Of a DNA stretch of 43,621 bases, positions 24,642 through 35,103 are shown in pieces. The notes under the pieces are model-generated. The model had not been told where the DNA came from, made no database searches, and saw nothing but the letters and a program-made list of their open reading frames with translations. Every line of letters begins with the position of its first letter. Positions within the stretch are counted from its first letter, which is position 1. The DNA comes from an uncultured bacterium (GTDB taxonomy: Bacteria > Cyanobacteriota > Cyanobacteriia > Thermostichales > PCC-7336): positions 1 through 43,621 of the forward strand of contig CAZAGN010000006.1 in NCBI GenBank assembly GCA_964484905.1. The letters are read 5' to 3'. The translations under genes and the position numbers were made by a program.

Positions 24642-26450
24642 TTAATGGTGCAGTCGCTGTTGCTGCAATTGAGCATAGGCTTGCTCAAAATCGGCTGCAA
24701 TTACCTGAAGGGGTGTCTGCGTCGCGATCGCCCGCCGAACCGCCAACAGCGCCGCCTGATTGGAGAGCAGGGCTAACTCTGCTCCATTCCAGCCCTCAGT
24801 CGTTGCGGCCCACGCCATCAGATCCAGCCCGAGCGGGCGCTCGGCATTATGCACTTGCAAAATACTCAGGCGACTGGTCGCATCTGGTAGATCGATCGCG
24901 AGCTGGAGATCAAAGCGTCCGGCTCGTCGTAGTGCCGGATCGATAGCACTGGGGCGATTGGTAGCCGCAATCACCAAAATGCCACTGCTACCCTGCAAGC
25001 CATCCATTTCCGTCAGCAACTGACCAACCACCCGATCACTCACCTCAGCCTGACCGCGTGCCGGTGCCAGGGTGTCAATCTCATCAAAGAAAATTACACA
25101 GGGCGCAGCTTGGCGGGCTTTGCGGAAAATCTCGCGGATTGTTGCCTCACTTTCACCCACCCATTTACTGACTAGTTCGGGGCCACTAACGCTAATAAAA
25201 TTCGCCTGGGCTTGGGTCGCCACCGCCTTTGCCAGCAATGTTTTGCCCGTGCCTGGCGGGCCATAGAGCAACACCCCCCGAGGCGCTGGAATTTTGGCAT
25301 CGCTGTACAGTTGGGGTCGCTGCACCACAGCCTCTAGGGTTTCTTGCAAGGTTTGCTTGACGGGTTCTAAGCCCCCGACCGCCGACCATGGTACATTCGG
25401 CACCTCGACAGCGACCGAGCGGAGTACCGCTGGCCGAATTTGGTGCAAGGCTTGGGCAAAATCAGCCTGATCAACCCGCAGCGTTGCCGGATCACAGGTC
25501 TGGACATCGACCCGCCGCAGAGCTGCATAGGCCGCCGCCTGGGTCAACGCCTTGAGATCGGCGCCGACAAACCCCACTGCCGCCGTCGCGATCGCGAGCA
25601 AATCCACATCGGCAGCCAAAGGCATTGGTCGTGTTTGAATCTGTAAAATGGCGAGCCGCCCCTCGCGATCGGGCACCCCAAACACCACCTCGCGATCAAA
25701 CCGTCCCGGTCGCCGGAGAGCTGGATCCAGATGATCAGGCCGATTGGTTGCTGCTAAAACCACCACCCCCTGAAGCGGTTCAAAGCCATCCAGCAAGCCC
25801 AAAAGCTGCGCCACCAGACGCTTTTCCACCTCGCCCTCAACCTGCTCCCGATTAGGGGCAAGGGCATCAATCTCATCAATAAACACCAAACACGGTGCTG
25901 CCTGCCGCGCCTTCTCAAACACCTGGCGCAGCTTCGCCTCCGCCTCGCCGTAATACTTACTCAGCAGCTCTGGCCCAACCACCGCGATATAGTTCACACC
26001 CAGGTTTGTCGCCAGTGCCCGCGCCGTCAGCGTTTTACCGGTTCCTGGCGGCCCCACTAGCAATACGCCTCGGGGTGGCTCGAGCCCCAACTGCCGAAAT
26101 AACTCCGGACGACGTAGCGGCAGCTCAACCACCTCACGCAACTGGGTCAGCACCGCATCAAGACCGCCAATCTCACTCAAATCAATCGCGGCAGCCGGTG
26201 CGGCCAAATCTATGTCTTGCACAACTGCCTGAGCATCCTGATCAGCGGCATTATTTGCCTGATTGGGTCGCTGTACTGGCGGCGTTACGACCGGCTCTTT
26301 CGAGGCACCACGGGGAATGTTGCCTTGGCGAGGGATGCTGCTACTGCGTACCTGCACATGGGCTTTCAGCTCACCCCGTTCAACCTTCGCTTCGAGCTGC
26401 TTCGCCAACTCCAGCAGTTGCTCTAACCCTTGAAACATCGAATCCGCCAT
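24642..26450 (-). CDS. CDC48/VCP-like AAA+ ATPase with two AAA domains
   Basis: Two Walker A motifs (GPPGTGKT twice). Two Walker B motifs (LVFIDEIDAL, VIFFDEIDTL). Second-region-of-homology motifs (ATNRPDHLDPALRRPGRFD, ATNRPSAIDPALRRAGRFD). Confidence 0.85.
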   Translation of the reverse strand: MADSMFQGLEQLLELAKQLEAKVERGELKAHVQVRSSSIPRQGNIPRGASKEPVVTPPVQRPNQANNAADQDAQAVVQDIDLAAPAAAIDLSEIGGLDAVLTQLREVVELPLRRPELFRQLGLEPPRGVLLVGPPGTGKTLTARALATNLGVNYIAVVGPELLSKYYGEAEAKLRQVFEKARQAAPCLVFIDEIDALAPNREQVEGEVEKRLVAQLLGLLDGFEPLQGVVVLAATNRPDHLDPALRRPGRFDREVVFGVPDREGRLAILQIQTRPMPLAADVDLLAIATAAVGFVGADLKALTQAAAYAALRRVDVQTCDPATLRVDQADFAQALHQIRPAVLRSVAVEVPNVPWSAVGGLEPVKQTLQETLEAVVQRPQLYSDAKIPAPRGVLLYGPPGTGKTLLAKAVATQAQANFISVSGPELVSKWVGESEATIREIFRKARQAAPCVIFFDEIDTLAPARGQAEVSDRVVGQLLTEMDGLQGSSGILVIAATNRPSAIDPALRRAGRFDLQLAIDLPDATSRLSILQVHNAERPLGLDLMAWAATTEGWNGAELALLSNQAALLAVRRAIATQTPLQVIAADFEQAYAQLQQQRLHH

Positions 26451-26722
26451 AGCCGCTTCCCTCTACTGTAACGAGTGAGTTGTGGGAACATGACCCGAAA
26501 CTAACGACAACGCCCATCAATCAACTTTTCGTTTACAAACACCGCTTTCTGGGTAGAGTATCTAAATAGTCAAAACTGCTATCTTCTCAGGCAACAAACT
26601 CCTAAGGTGTAAAGGGTCTCATCGCACAGCCCTAGCTAGGCTTTCTGAGAGGACATGGCGATTAATCCGCGACGCCCTGAAAACCAAACCTCCTCTGAAA
26701 CTTCATTTAAATAAAACTTCAT

Positions 26723-27982
26723 TTAAATAGTAGGTACAAAGCCAAGCAACCCACCGGCGATGGCTCCCATCGCCAAGGCAAATGCTGGGTGCCCCTTGCG
26801 CCGCACCATCCAAAAGCCTGCCAGTAGCCAAAGACCCACATTGACAACGGTTCGGACAAAGGATTGCTCCAAAAATACTGGTGGAGCCAAATTCACTGCC
26901 GCCGCGACAATCATGCCCACTACCGCCGGATTTACCCCCGATAGGAAATGTCGCACCGGCTGTAGATGCCGCACTCGTTGATAAAAAATTGATAAGCCAA
27001 ACATCAACACAAGAGATGGCAAAAACAACCCCAAGGTGGCGATCACAGCACCACTAAGACCCGCTATTCGAAACCCGGCAAAGGTAGCCAGCACGGCAAT
27101 CGGACCTGGCGTGAGCTGGCTTATCGCTACCCCATCAACAAACTCTTGCTGTGTCAGCCAGTGCTGATTGTCAATCAGCAACTCCTTTAATACTGGAATC
27201 AAGACGAACCCACCCCCAAAAAAGACAAAACCTACTTTCAAAAAGATCAAGCCGAGGGCGCCTAAACCGACTGCCACAGTAGATGCCTCACTGGGTACCA
27301 TCGCTAGAAACGGGCGCGGCCAGTTCTGGATAGCCAACGGTAACATCCAAACTGCTGCTGTTTCTTTTTTCAGCTTCTGAATGTTGGACAGCTTCGGGTT
27401 CAACCGCAACACCAATCCAACTACCCCGCCGACACCCAAAATTATGACCGGATTAACTTTGGCCAAGGTTCCCACCATGGCCCCGATCGTAATGCCCAAC
27501 GTGACGGGTGAGCCGACAGCCTTTTGCCCCATCGACCAAGCCGCTGCCAAAATAATGCTAATCACCACCGGAGCCAATCCTGCCAAAATTCCTTGCAGAG
27601 AAGGGATTTGATTGAACTCGAAATACACCCGCGCTAGCACTAACACCGCGATAAAAGAAGGCATAAAGAAAAACGTGCTTGCCAGCAACGCCCCCAGAAA
27701 CCCATGCAGCCGATAGCCGATAAACAACGCTGCATTGACCGGAAATGATCCCAGAATTTGCCCTAAGGCCACTCCGTGCAAAAACTCCTCGAGGCCCACA
27801 CACTGCCGCCGCTTAACAAACTCGTCCTCCATCAGGGCAATCATCGCAATGCCCCCGCCAAACCCAATGGTGCCTAGCTTTAAAAACAACCAGGTCATCT
27901 CTATCAACCCCGGCACTTGCCCCCCAGATGACGCTTCGTTCAAATTCGCTGAACGCAACGCATCAGAATCTGAAATCGACAC
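26723..27982 (-). CDS. chrA: Chromate transporter (CHR family, duplicated domain)
   Basis: GTIGFGGGIAMIALMEDEFV and FGGGFVLIPVL...WLTQQEFVDGVAISQLTPGP are the paired CHR-domain signatures. The protein is polytopic and hydrophobic. Confidence 0.85.
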   Translation of the reverse strand: MSISDSDALRSANLNEASSGGQVPGLIEMTWLFLKLGTIGFGGGIAMIALMEDEFVKRRQCVGLEEFLHGVALGQILGSFPVNAALFIGYRLHGFLGALLASTFFFMPSFIAVLVLARVYFEFNQIPSLQGILAGLAPVVISIILAAAWSMGQKAVGSPVTLGITIGAMVGTLAKVNPVIILGVGGVVGLVLRLNPKLSNIQKLKKETAAVWMLPLAIQNWPRPFLAMVPSEASTVAVGLGALGLIFLKVGFVFFGGGFVLIPVLKELLIDNQHWLTQQEFVDGVAISQLTPGPIAVLATFAGFRIAGLSGAVIATLGLFLPSLVLMFGLSIFYQRVRHLQPVRHFLSGVNPAVVGMIVAAAVNLAPPVFLEQSFVRTVVNVGLWLLAGFWMVRRKGHPAFALAMGAIAGGLLGFVPTI

Positions 27983-28083
27983 GGCAACCCCTTTTTGTGC
28001 GTTATGCAGGTTATTTGACTGCTACTATAAATATATGCCTTTTTAGTTATAAAGCCAATTAAAATTTTCGGAGATAAACGCGA

Positions 28084-29370
28084 ATGGCACAGGTAGTGGT
28101 GATTGGGGCTGGACTGGGTGGCTTGCCCGCAGCCTACGAGTTGCAGCATTATTTGGGTCGGCAGCACACGGTGACGTTGGTTTCAGAGCAACCGCAGTTC
28201 ACCTTTGTACCTGGGTTAACGCAGGTGGCCCTGGGGCACGTTCCCTTAGCGCGAGTGCAATTAGATTTGGCCCGTTTAACGCGGCAGCATGGTTTGCACT
28301 GGCTGCCAGCCAAGGTACAACGTCTTGACCCAAAGGAACGACGGCTGGAAACGGCAACACAGACCTTGACCTACGATTACCTAATCATTGCTAGCGGCGC
28401 AGAGTTGGCTAGCGATTTGGTACCAGGCTTGGGTGAGTATACCCATTCGGTGTGTACGCCCAGCCATGCATTGGCAGCACAGACCGCTTGGGAAGCTTTT
28501 TGTACACATCCAGGCGATTTAGTTGTGGGAGCAGCTCCGGGGGCAGGTTGTTTTGGGCCTGCTTACGAATTTGTGTTGCTAGCCGAGGCAGACCTGCGGC
28601 GACGGGGCTTGCGCGATCAGGTCAACATCACTTACGTCACCCCAGAGCCCTATATTGGCCATTTGGGCGTAGCGGGTTTGCAACATGCCCAAAGTCTGAC
28701 AGAGAATTTGATGCAAAGGCGAGGTATCGCCACCGTCACCAATGCTGAAATCTCAGCCATCAGGACCAATCATTTAGATTTGGTGGATGGGCGCTCATTT
28801 GAATTTGGCTACAGCATGATTTTGCCGGCATTTCGGGGTGCAGCCTTTGTGCAGGCCGCTGGACTGGGAAACGCGAAGGGGTTTTTGCCGGTGTTGCCGA
28901 CCATGCGTCACGAAGCTTATCCCGAAATCTATGGAGTCGGTGTGAGTGTGCATTTTGACCAGCCCCATCCGGGGCAGGTGCCGATCGGTTTGCCTAAGAG
29001 CGGACAGATGGCAGAAGCAATGGCCATGGCAGCCGCCCACAACATTGCCATAGATTTGGGAGTGCTTGCCCAACCGCTGTGGGTGCCAACCCTAGAGGCA
29101 TTATGTTTCGCCGAATATGGCGATACGGGTATTGCCTACATCGCGGCCCCGGTGATCCCTGATCCGCAGACGGGTCAACGGCGCCATGCCTATGCCATCG
29201 AAGGTGTATGGGTCAACTGGGTTAAAGCAGCTTTTGAACGCTACTTTCTACTGAAGATGAGACTTGGGATGGGAGTACCCTGGTTTGAGCAACTCGGACT
29301 GCGACAGTTGTTTGGTTTGGCTTTGACTCGGCCTGCGACAGACCCTCAACGGCTGGCACCACAGAAGTAA
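28084..29370 (+). CDS. FAD-dependent pyridine-nucleotide-disulfide oxidoreductase, sulfide:quinone-oxidoreductase-like
   Basis: N-terminal Rossmann motif VVVIGAGLGGLPAA. YDYLIIASGA. Overall length and layout fit SQR/NDH-2-like enzymes. Subfamily not resolved. Confidence 0.7.
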   Translation: MAQVVVIGAGLGGLPAAYELQHYLGRQHTVTLVSEQPQFTFVPGLTQVALGHVPLARVQLDLARLTRQHGLHWLPAKVQRLDPKERRLETATQTLTYDYLIIASGAELASDLVPGLGEYTHSVCTPSHALAAQTAWEAFCTHPGDLVVGAAPGAGCFGPAYEFVLLAEADLRRRGLRDQVNITYVTPEPYIGHLGVAGLQHAQSLTENLMQRRGIATVTNAEISAIRTNHLDLVDGRSFEFGYSMILPAFRGAAFVQAAGLGNAKGFLPVLPTMRHEAYPEIYGVGVSVHFDQPHPGQVPIGLPKSGQMAEAMAMAAAHNIAIDLGVLAQPLWVPTLEALCFAEYGDTGIAYIAAPVIPDPQTGQRRHAYAIEGVWVNWVKAAFERYFLLKMRLGMGVPWFEQLGLRQLFGLALTRPATDPQRLAPQK

Positions 29371-29530
29371 TGTTCTTCGCGGCCAAGCCTCTCGCGGCAT
29401 AAAGGGCTGGTTACGCAACCCTAGTTTAGGCACTACCGACGACGACAGTTGCGCAAGCAGATCCCATTGACCAAACTAGATGACGCCCCAAAGTGTGTTG
29501 GGTAGGGGGAAGAATCCCCCCGCCAGTCCT

Positions 29531-30613
29531 CTAGCGCTGCGTCAACTCCTCCGGAAATTCGCCAGTGGTCACCGTTACGGAGCGGCGGCGGCCACCCCGT
29601 TCGACCGTAATTCGGAGGTTAGAACCGACATCGACTTGCTCGACATACTGTTGGAGGTCGTTGGCCGTTAAGACTGGATCGTTGTTGATGGCCACAATGA
29701 CATCACCGGCTCGGAGCCCCCCGGCTTCGGCAGGGCCACCCCGTTCCACACTCTGGACAAGAATGCCGGTTTCGCCCTCGACCTGGAAAGGAGCGCGGGG
29801 GTCAGCGTTGATCCGATCGCGAAGGTCAGCATCGAGGGTGCTCATCTGGATGCCCAAGTAAGCCCGGCTAACGCGGCCCTCACTGATCAGTTGTTCGGCG
29901 ATCCGCTGGGCAGTCGCGATCGGTACAGCAAAACCAATGCCATTAGCACCTCGAATAATAGCTGTATTAATTGCAATAACCTCACCGTTTTCGTTGAGCA
30001 AAGGGCCACCCGAATTACCGGGGTTAATAGCAGCATCAGTCTGGATAAACTGGGCTCGCTGCATCGGAATACCGACATCGGCAGCTGAGCGGCCAATGGC
30101 GCTGATGATGCCGACCGTTACAGTGTTATCAAGGCCAAGGGGATTACCGATCGCGATCGCCCATTCCCCGGGTGCAAGGGCATCAGAATTACCAATACTG
30201 ACCACCGGCAGGTTCTCTGCTTCAATTTTGACAACAGCGACATCCGTTAAAGGATCCGCCCCCAATACCTGACCTTCATACTGGCGGCCATCCGTTAACA
30301 CCACCTGTACGCGATCCGCCCCCTCAACTACATGGGCATTGGTAAAAATCAGGCCGTCTTCACTGACAACAAAACCAGACCCCGAGCCACGTTGCTCAAA
30401 ATCTTGGGGCGGAAAACCACGCGTAGGCATTCGTGCTTGCACCGTCCGTGAAGCATTGATGCGCACCACTGAGGGGCCAACCTGCTCAACGGCACCTGCA
30501 ACAAAATTAAATAAGCCATTGCCCGTAGCTGTACCTTGTGCCCGTACCGGCACTGACAACGCCAATACTAGCGATAGCGCTAGCCCGATAATGCTCCGCA
30601 TCGTTACCTGCAT
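29531..30613 (-). CDS. HtrA/DegP-family serine protease with a PDZ domain
   Basis: Catalytic triad contexts: TNAHVV, a D in DVAVVKI, and GNSGGPLLN. C-terminal PDZ: GILVQSVERGGPAEAGGLRAGDVIVAINN. The likely start is MQVTMRS at 30613. The track ORF extends to 30682. Confidence 0.85.
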   Translation of the reverse strand: MQVTMRSIIGLALSLVLALSVPVRAQGTATGNGLFNFVAGAVEQVGPSVVRINASRTVQARMPTRGFPPQDFEQRGSGSGFVVSEDGLIFTNAHVVEGADRVQVVLTDGRQYEGQVLGADPLTDVAVVKIEAENLPVVSIGNSDALAPGEWAIAIGNPLGLDNTVTVGIISAIGRSAADVGIPMQRAQFIQTDAAINPGNSGGPLLNENGEVIAINTAIIRGANGIGFAVPIATAQRIAEQLISEGRVSRAYLGIQMSTLDADLRDRINADPRAPFQVEGETGILVQSVERGGPAEAGGLRAGDVIVAINNDPVLTANDLQQYVEQVDVGSNLRITVERGGRRRSVTVTTGEFPEELTQR

Positions 30614-30719
30614 AGAACCCAGATACCTCCTATTGTGGCAGCCTGTTTTAAGCTGCATTGGGCGCTCCCGCGCAGATCCCATTAGTAATGTCCGAACTCA
30701 TTTCGATCTCAAGCATCGT

Positions 30720-32045
30720 CTATGCAGTCACAGCGCACTTTACCTCGCCCGATAAACTAAACGCACGGGTTTCGGTAATCTGCACGGGCACGATCTGACC
30801 GAGGTAGGTTTCAAGATCACCAGCAAAGAACACAAGGCGATTGGTACCCGTGCGCCCCATGAGCTGCTCGGGTCGCTTGGGATTGATACCTTCGACCAGC
30901 ACAGGCTCAGTTCGCCCCAGATAGCGCTGATTACGAGCGGTTGCCGTCGCGGTCACAACCCGATTCAGGCGCTGCAGGCGATCCGTTTTTGTCTCCTCAT
31001 CAACTTGATTCGCCCAGGTCGCGGCCGGTGTTCCGGGCCGGGGCGAGTAGGCGGCTGTATTCACTTGATCAAATTGCAGCGCTTCAACCAACTGCAACGT
31101 ATCTTCAAACTGGGCGTCGGTCTCACCCGGAAATCCAACAATCGCATCGGCACTAATCGCCGCATCGGGCATATAACTCCGAATCAAGGCAATAATTTGG
31201 CGGTAGCGCTCGTGGGTATAGCCCCGTAACATAGCCTTGAGAATATCGTTATTTCCCGACTGAAAAGGGATATGAAAATGCTCACAAACCTTCGGTAACT
31301 CGGCACAGGCTGCAATCAGGCGTTCGCTGAAGTAGCGCGGGTGGCTGGTGGCAAAGCGCAGGCGCTCAACCCCAGGCACATCATGCACGTAGCGCAGCAG
31401 GTCTGTGAAGGTTGTCCGAGGCTGAAGATCACGACCGTAGGCATCAATGTTTTGGCCCAGCAGCGTTACTTCAGGAATACCCGCCGCGCCAATGTCTAGC
31501 ATCTCTTGGCGAATTGCCTCCGGTAGGCGTGATTGCTCGATACCCCGCACACTCGGTACAACACAATAAGTGCAACGCTCATTACAGCCATAAATCACAT
31601 TAACCCAGGCTGAGACTCGGCTCTCGCGGCGCGGCTTCGTAATATCTTCAGGAATATCAAGGGCGTCGGTGGCAACAACTTGATTACCCGCCTCGACTTG
31701 AGTCAGCAGATCAGCGAGTCGATTAACATACTGCGGCCCCATCACCAGATCGAGCTCAGGCACCCGCCGCAGCAGTTGCTCACCTTCTTGCTGGGCAACA
31801 CAGCCGGCAACCACTAATTTGAGGCTCGGTTGTTGCTGTTTCCGCTGAGCTTGTTTGCCAAGGTAAGAATAAACTTTCTGCTCGGCGTTGTCACGAATTG
31901 TGCAGGTGTTGTAAAGAACAAGATCGGCTTCTAGCTCATCGGGGGTATGGTGATAGCCCAAGGATTCGAGAACACCCGCCATGCGTTCGGAGTCAGCTTT
32001 ATTCATCTGACAGCCGAAGGTGACGATGTGATATGCGCCCGACAT
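30720..32045 (-). CDS. miaB: tRNA-2-methylthio-N6-dimethylallyladenosine synthase (radical SAM methylthiotransferase)
   Basis: TFGCQMN (UPF0004 domain). Radical SAM motif [13 protein letters not shown]-terminal TRAM domain. The likely start is MSGAYHIV at 32045. Confidence 0.9.
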   Translation of the reverse strand: MSGAYHIVTFGCQMNKADSERMAGVLESLGYHHTPDELEADLVLYNTCTIRDNAEQKVYSYLGKQAQRKQQQPSLKLVVAGCVAQQEGEQLLRRVPELDLVMGPQYVNRLADLLTQVEAGNQVVATDALDIPEDITKPRRESRVSAWVNVIYGCNERCTYCVVPSVRGIEQSRLPEAIRQEMLDIGAAGIPEVTLLGQNIDAYGRDLQPRTTFTDLLRYVHDVPGVERLRFATSHPRYFSERLIAACAELPKVCEHFHIPFQSGNNDILKAMLRGYTHERYRQIIALIRSYMPDAAISADAIVGFPGETDAQFEDTLQLVEALQFDQVNTAAYSPRPGTPAATWANQVDEETKTDRLQRLNRVVTATATARNQRYLGRTEPVLVEGINPKRPEQLMGRTGTNRLVFFAGDLETYLGQIVPVQITETRAFSLSGEVKCAVTA

Positions 32046-32278
32046 AGCAATCCACAAAGAGTACAGAAGCTTTGTCATCTTAGCGTTTTGCTTCTCTAGT
32101 GCGGTTACGCCCACAGAAAAGGCATTTCACGGGAGTCAGACAATTCCGAATCTGGGCAACGACGTGAGCCTAGCCCGCGCAATAATGGGGGCGGCAGATC
32201 TATTACTTTTGATGTGGGTGCTACATCAGAGCTGATAGCAGTTCAGCCAACCGCCTTGATCGTCGCTGAGAGATCCTC

Positions 32279-32953
32279 ATGAGCCCTGCTGCTTTGCCGC
32301 TCTTGCAAGATGTTGCGCCTGAAGTGCTGACGTGGCTTCAGAGCAAAGCCCAGATACATAATTACCCAGCCGGGCGAGCAGTGTTTGTTGAGGACATCAG
32401 TGGCAACGCTGTCTACTTCATCCTCTCAGGCTGGCTGAAGATTTGCCGTAATCAAAATGAGCGCCACATTACCCTCGCTGTCTTAGGGCCGGGGGAGGTA
32501 TTTGGCGAAATGTCCATTTTGGATCAGGCAGCTCGCTCATCCGATGCCATTGCTCTGACCCCCATTCAGTTACTGTCCTTGAATGCGGCTGACTTTCGTG
32601 AACTGGTGGGCTTATCGCCCCAGTTTAGTTTGAGCTTGATGCAGCGCCTAGCCCAGCGGTTGCGCTTTATGAATCAGCGCTTGTACTACAGTAAGCAAAA
32701 CCCTGTGATTCGGGCCCTATTTGCCATGGTTCATTTTGCCGAAACCCAAGGTATTGCGACAGAGGCGGGTTTGACGGTGCTCGCGATCGACCCCCAAGAT
32801 TGGGCTGATATGGCGGAGGTCGAGGCCGAGGTACCAGTGCGCCTCCTGCAGAAACTGCAAGCAGAGCAGATTATTCAGGTTGATAACCAGCGACATGTGT
32901 GGATAGTGAAGCAACTTGACCGGCTTCAGCAAGCTCTCGCTACCGCTGCCTAA
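32279..32953 (+). CDS. Crp/Fnr-family transcriptional regulator (cNMP-binding domain plus HTH)
   Basis: The cNMP-binding pattern includes GEVFGEMSILD...RSSDAIA. The C-terminal region has winged-helix length. Confidence 0.8.
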   Translation: MSPAALPLLQDVAPEVLTWLQSKAQIHNYPAGRAVFVEDISGNAVYFILSGWLKICRNQNERHITLAVLGPGEVFGEMSILDQAARSSDAIALTPIQLLSLNAADFRELVGLSPQFSLSLMQRLAQRLRFMNQRLYYSKQNPVIRALFAMVHFAETQGIATEAGLTVLAIDPQDWADMAEVEAEVPVRLLQKLQAEQIIQVDNQRHVWIVKQLDRLQQALATAA

Positions 32954-33284
32954 AGCCCTTAGTTAGCATCGAGCTCAATAGGTTGCGATAAAGCTTAGAA
33001 GCTATCCCTCACCGCTAGAGTGCGACAGATGCTTTGAGCTCAACTTTACGTCCTGACCAAGGCCATGTGTCATCTTGTCGCCACAGTCCAAATCCCATAG
33101 CCCTGAAAGCCCACCTGTCACGGCACTGGGTTGGCAAAATGCGATAGTTCGTTTTCTATGCACCCAAGCCATCTGACGGGCTGTTTGGCATAGGCTGGAA
33201 CTTGCCTTAATCGCCAGACTCATAGGCGCTAGGCGTAAGTGCTTGACCTAAGATAAGAGCGATAGTGTTTTGAGATATACCGAT

Positions 33285-33407
33285 ATGACTCCCTCTTTAT
33301 TTAACTTTTTGCTGAGCATTATCTCGGGTGTGGTCGTCGTCGGCCTCATTTTTGGTGCTGTGCTCGTCATTAGCCAGCTGGATAAGATTCGCCGCAAAAA
33401 CGGTTAG
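33285..33407 (+). CDS. psbX: Photosystem II reaction centre protein X (40 aa; below the ORF-track cutoff)
   Basis: Translation is MTPSLFNFLLSIISGVVVVGLIFGAVLVISQLDKIRRKNG. The MTPSL... start and the ...ISQ.DK..R end match my recollection of cyanobacterial PsbX. Confidence 0.75.
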   Translation: MTPSLFNFLLSIISGVVVVGLIFGAVLVISQLDKIRRKNG

Positions 33408-33454
33408 TACGTGAAGATATTCAGCCAGTAAGGGTGATCAGCGCGCTGAAGTGG

Positions 33455-33919
33455 CTAACGAGTGAGCCGCAAGCGCTCTGAACGTTCGTTGACATGCAGG
33501 CGGGCAACACCCACGGGTAGTTGTTCGCCTGTTGCTGTTTCGGCACGCACATCGTACATGTACACACCGGCTTGGTTGGGGTTCCGCCATGTCTTCAAGA
33601 CAATATCTCCCGCGCCCGCCAAACGATCTGGTGGCAAGATCACGTTCACTACGCCAGACTCGGGCGCATTTATCAAGATCTGCACCTCACCAGCTTGGCG
33701 CCATTCCACGTGTCGCAGGCGCAGTGGTTCAGGATGTCCGAGGGGAGTCAAAGTAAGGCCGACAACGGCTGGGGGCAAATCAAGATTCAGGATCAGGGTT
33801 GTATTGGCGGCACCCGCACGCCACGGCTGCAAACTCGCATCAAGCAGGCGTGGAAAAGCTTGCACAGGCAGCATCAAAAGCCAGGCAGCCAACGTTATGT
33901 ATCGCTTTTTGAGTTGCAT
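33455..33919 (-). CDS. Secreted hypothetical protein (possibly DUF2808-like)
   Basis: Signal peptide MQLKKRYITLAAWLLMLPVQA. WRNPNQAGVYMYDV resembles a cyanobacterial conserved family. Tentative. Confidence 0.5.
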   Translation of the reverse strand: MQLKKRYITLAAWLLMLPVQAFPRLLDASLQPWRAGAANTTLILNLDLPPAVVGLTLTPLGHPEPLRLRHVEWRQAGEVQILINAPESGVVNVILPPDRLAGAGDIVLKTWRNPNQAGVYMYDVRAETATGEQLPVGVARLHVNERSERLRLTR

Positions 33920-34023
33920 CGTATCCTCTTCAGTTACCCAGGCTACCGTTAAACTACTGACTTCGATTGGGTACTTGGCATCTCTGCCAAACTTAGCCTA
34001 AGCGACTGTATCGCACATTTTTC

Positions 34024-34284
34024 ATGAACGACCGCGCAAATCAGAGTCTTTGGCAACGGCGCTATCGGCAACTGCAAATCGCTCGCTATACCTTTTGGCG
34101 TACCCGCTATCGTCGCCGTTGGGCTGAGGGAACGCAGGCATTTTGTTTGAGTTGTCGCTTTTATGCCCGCAATGAGTGGTTGGTCTGTAGTCTCAAGCCA
34201 ACTGGCCCTGCCTTAACAGGTTGTAATGAGTATCGTCACACTACTTCATCCGAAACCCTTGACGAGCTTGGGGATAAACGGTAA
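34024..34284 (+). CDS. Hypothetical Arg/Cys-rich small protein
   Basis: ORF of 86 aa with a CxxC...C...C pattern (CLSCRFYARNEWLVCSLKPTGPALTGC). No family assigned. Confidence 0.4.
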   Translation: MNDRANQSLWQRRYRQLQIARYTFWRTRYRRRWAEGTQAFCLSCRFYARNEWLVCSLKPTGPALTGCNEYRHTTSSETLDELGDKR

Positions 34285-34399
34285 CAATAGATACAGAAAG
34301 CAAAACGTTCATCTCTACTCAAGAGACGGAAGTAGGGGAAACCCGAAGGAACGCGCCTCATTGCAACATACACACTGCCTAGTTATGGAGGCGATCCTC

Positions 34400-34567
34400 A
34401 TGGAAGCTATGTATCGCGGTCACGAATATGACTACCAACCCACGGTAGCCCCCGCCACTGACGAAGTTGTTCACGCTCAGTATCGTGGGCACAGTTTCGA
34501 CATGCGCAAGCTGCAAAAAGTGAACGCCAATAAGAGCAATTTTAAGCTCCAGTATCGCGGTCACTAA
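34400..34567 (+). CDS. DUF4278-like protein (repeated YRG motifs)
   Basis: MEAMYRGHEYDY...AQYRGHSFDM...LQYRGH. A GGAGG lies 8 nt upstream of the ATG at 34400. The track ORF starts further upstream at 34226. Confidence 0.6.
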   Translation: MEAMYRGHEYDYQPTVAPATDEVVHAQYRGHSFDMRKLQKVNANKSNFKLQYRGH

Positions 34568-34652
34568 TTTCTGCTCCGACAATCTGAATTCGGAACAGCG
34601 TGCTAGAGCAAATCTAGATTAGACAACAGTCCAAAACACAACACAGAATAGC

Positions 34653-34686
34653 AAGGCTGCCTTCGGGTGGCCTTTTTAGTTTTTGC
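34653..34686 (+). terminator. Rho-independent terminator
   Basis: AAGGCTGCC-TTCG-GGTGGCCTT (9 bp stem including two G-U pairs), followed by TTTAGTTTTT. Confidence 0.55.
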
Positions 34687-34810
34687 GGCTGAGTTAGTTG
34701 ATGCTTCCTAGCTATTCAGTTATTGCAATGAGTCATTAAAGTGTGTGAGTTGTTGCTACCGCCAAAAGGAACTGCACCTGCCATGATGGAGATCGCGATT
34801 ATGGGTAACG

Positions 34811-35068
34811 ATGGTAGATAAGCAAGAGTTTTTCTTTCCATACCACAAGTTTCGGGGCGAGCCCAAAGCCCGTGCTATCGTCTTTGATGCAAATCTCCAA
34901 GAATTCTGTCAGCGGGTCATGCTGATCTGTGCCCTTGAAAACGGCGGTAAGCTGACAAGTCTTGAAGCTTATGATCAGATTGCTGATTTATGGGCTTCAC
35001 TCTCCGCTTCCAAAAAAGCGCTGCTTGATAACCCTGACTGGCATGACCGCTTTGAGCTAGAGGACTAG
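34811..35068 (+). CDS. Hypothetical protein (85 aa)
   Basis: The ORF has plausible coding composition. No family recognised. Confidence 0.45.
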   Translation: MVDKQEFFFPYHKFRGEPKARAIVFDANLQEFCQRVMLICALENGGKLTSLEAYDQIADLWASLSASKKALLDNPDWHDRFELED

Positions 35069-35103
35069 GTATTTCGCCAAGCGTTTAGTTAGCCAGCCAA
35101 GTG

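Noticed and set aside
33002-33223. 73-aa minus-strand ORF between crp and psbX
   Set aside because: No motif or SD. It occupies the likely psbX promoter and leader region.
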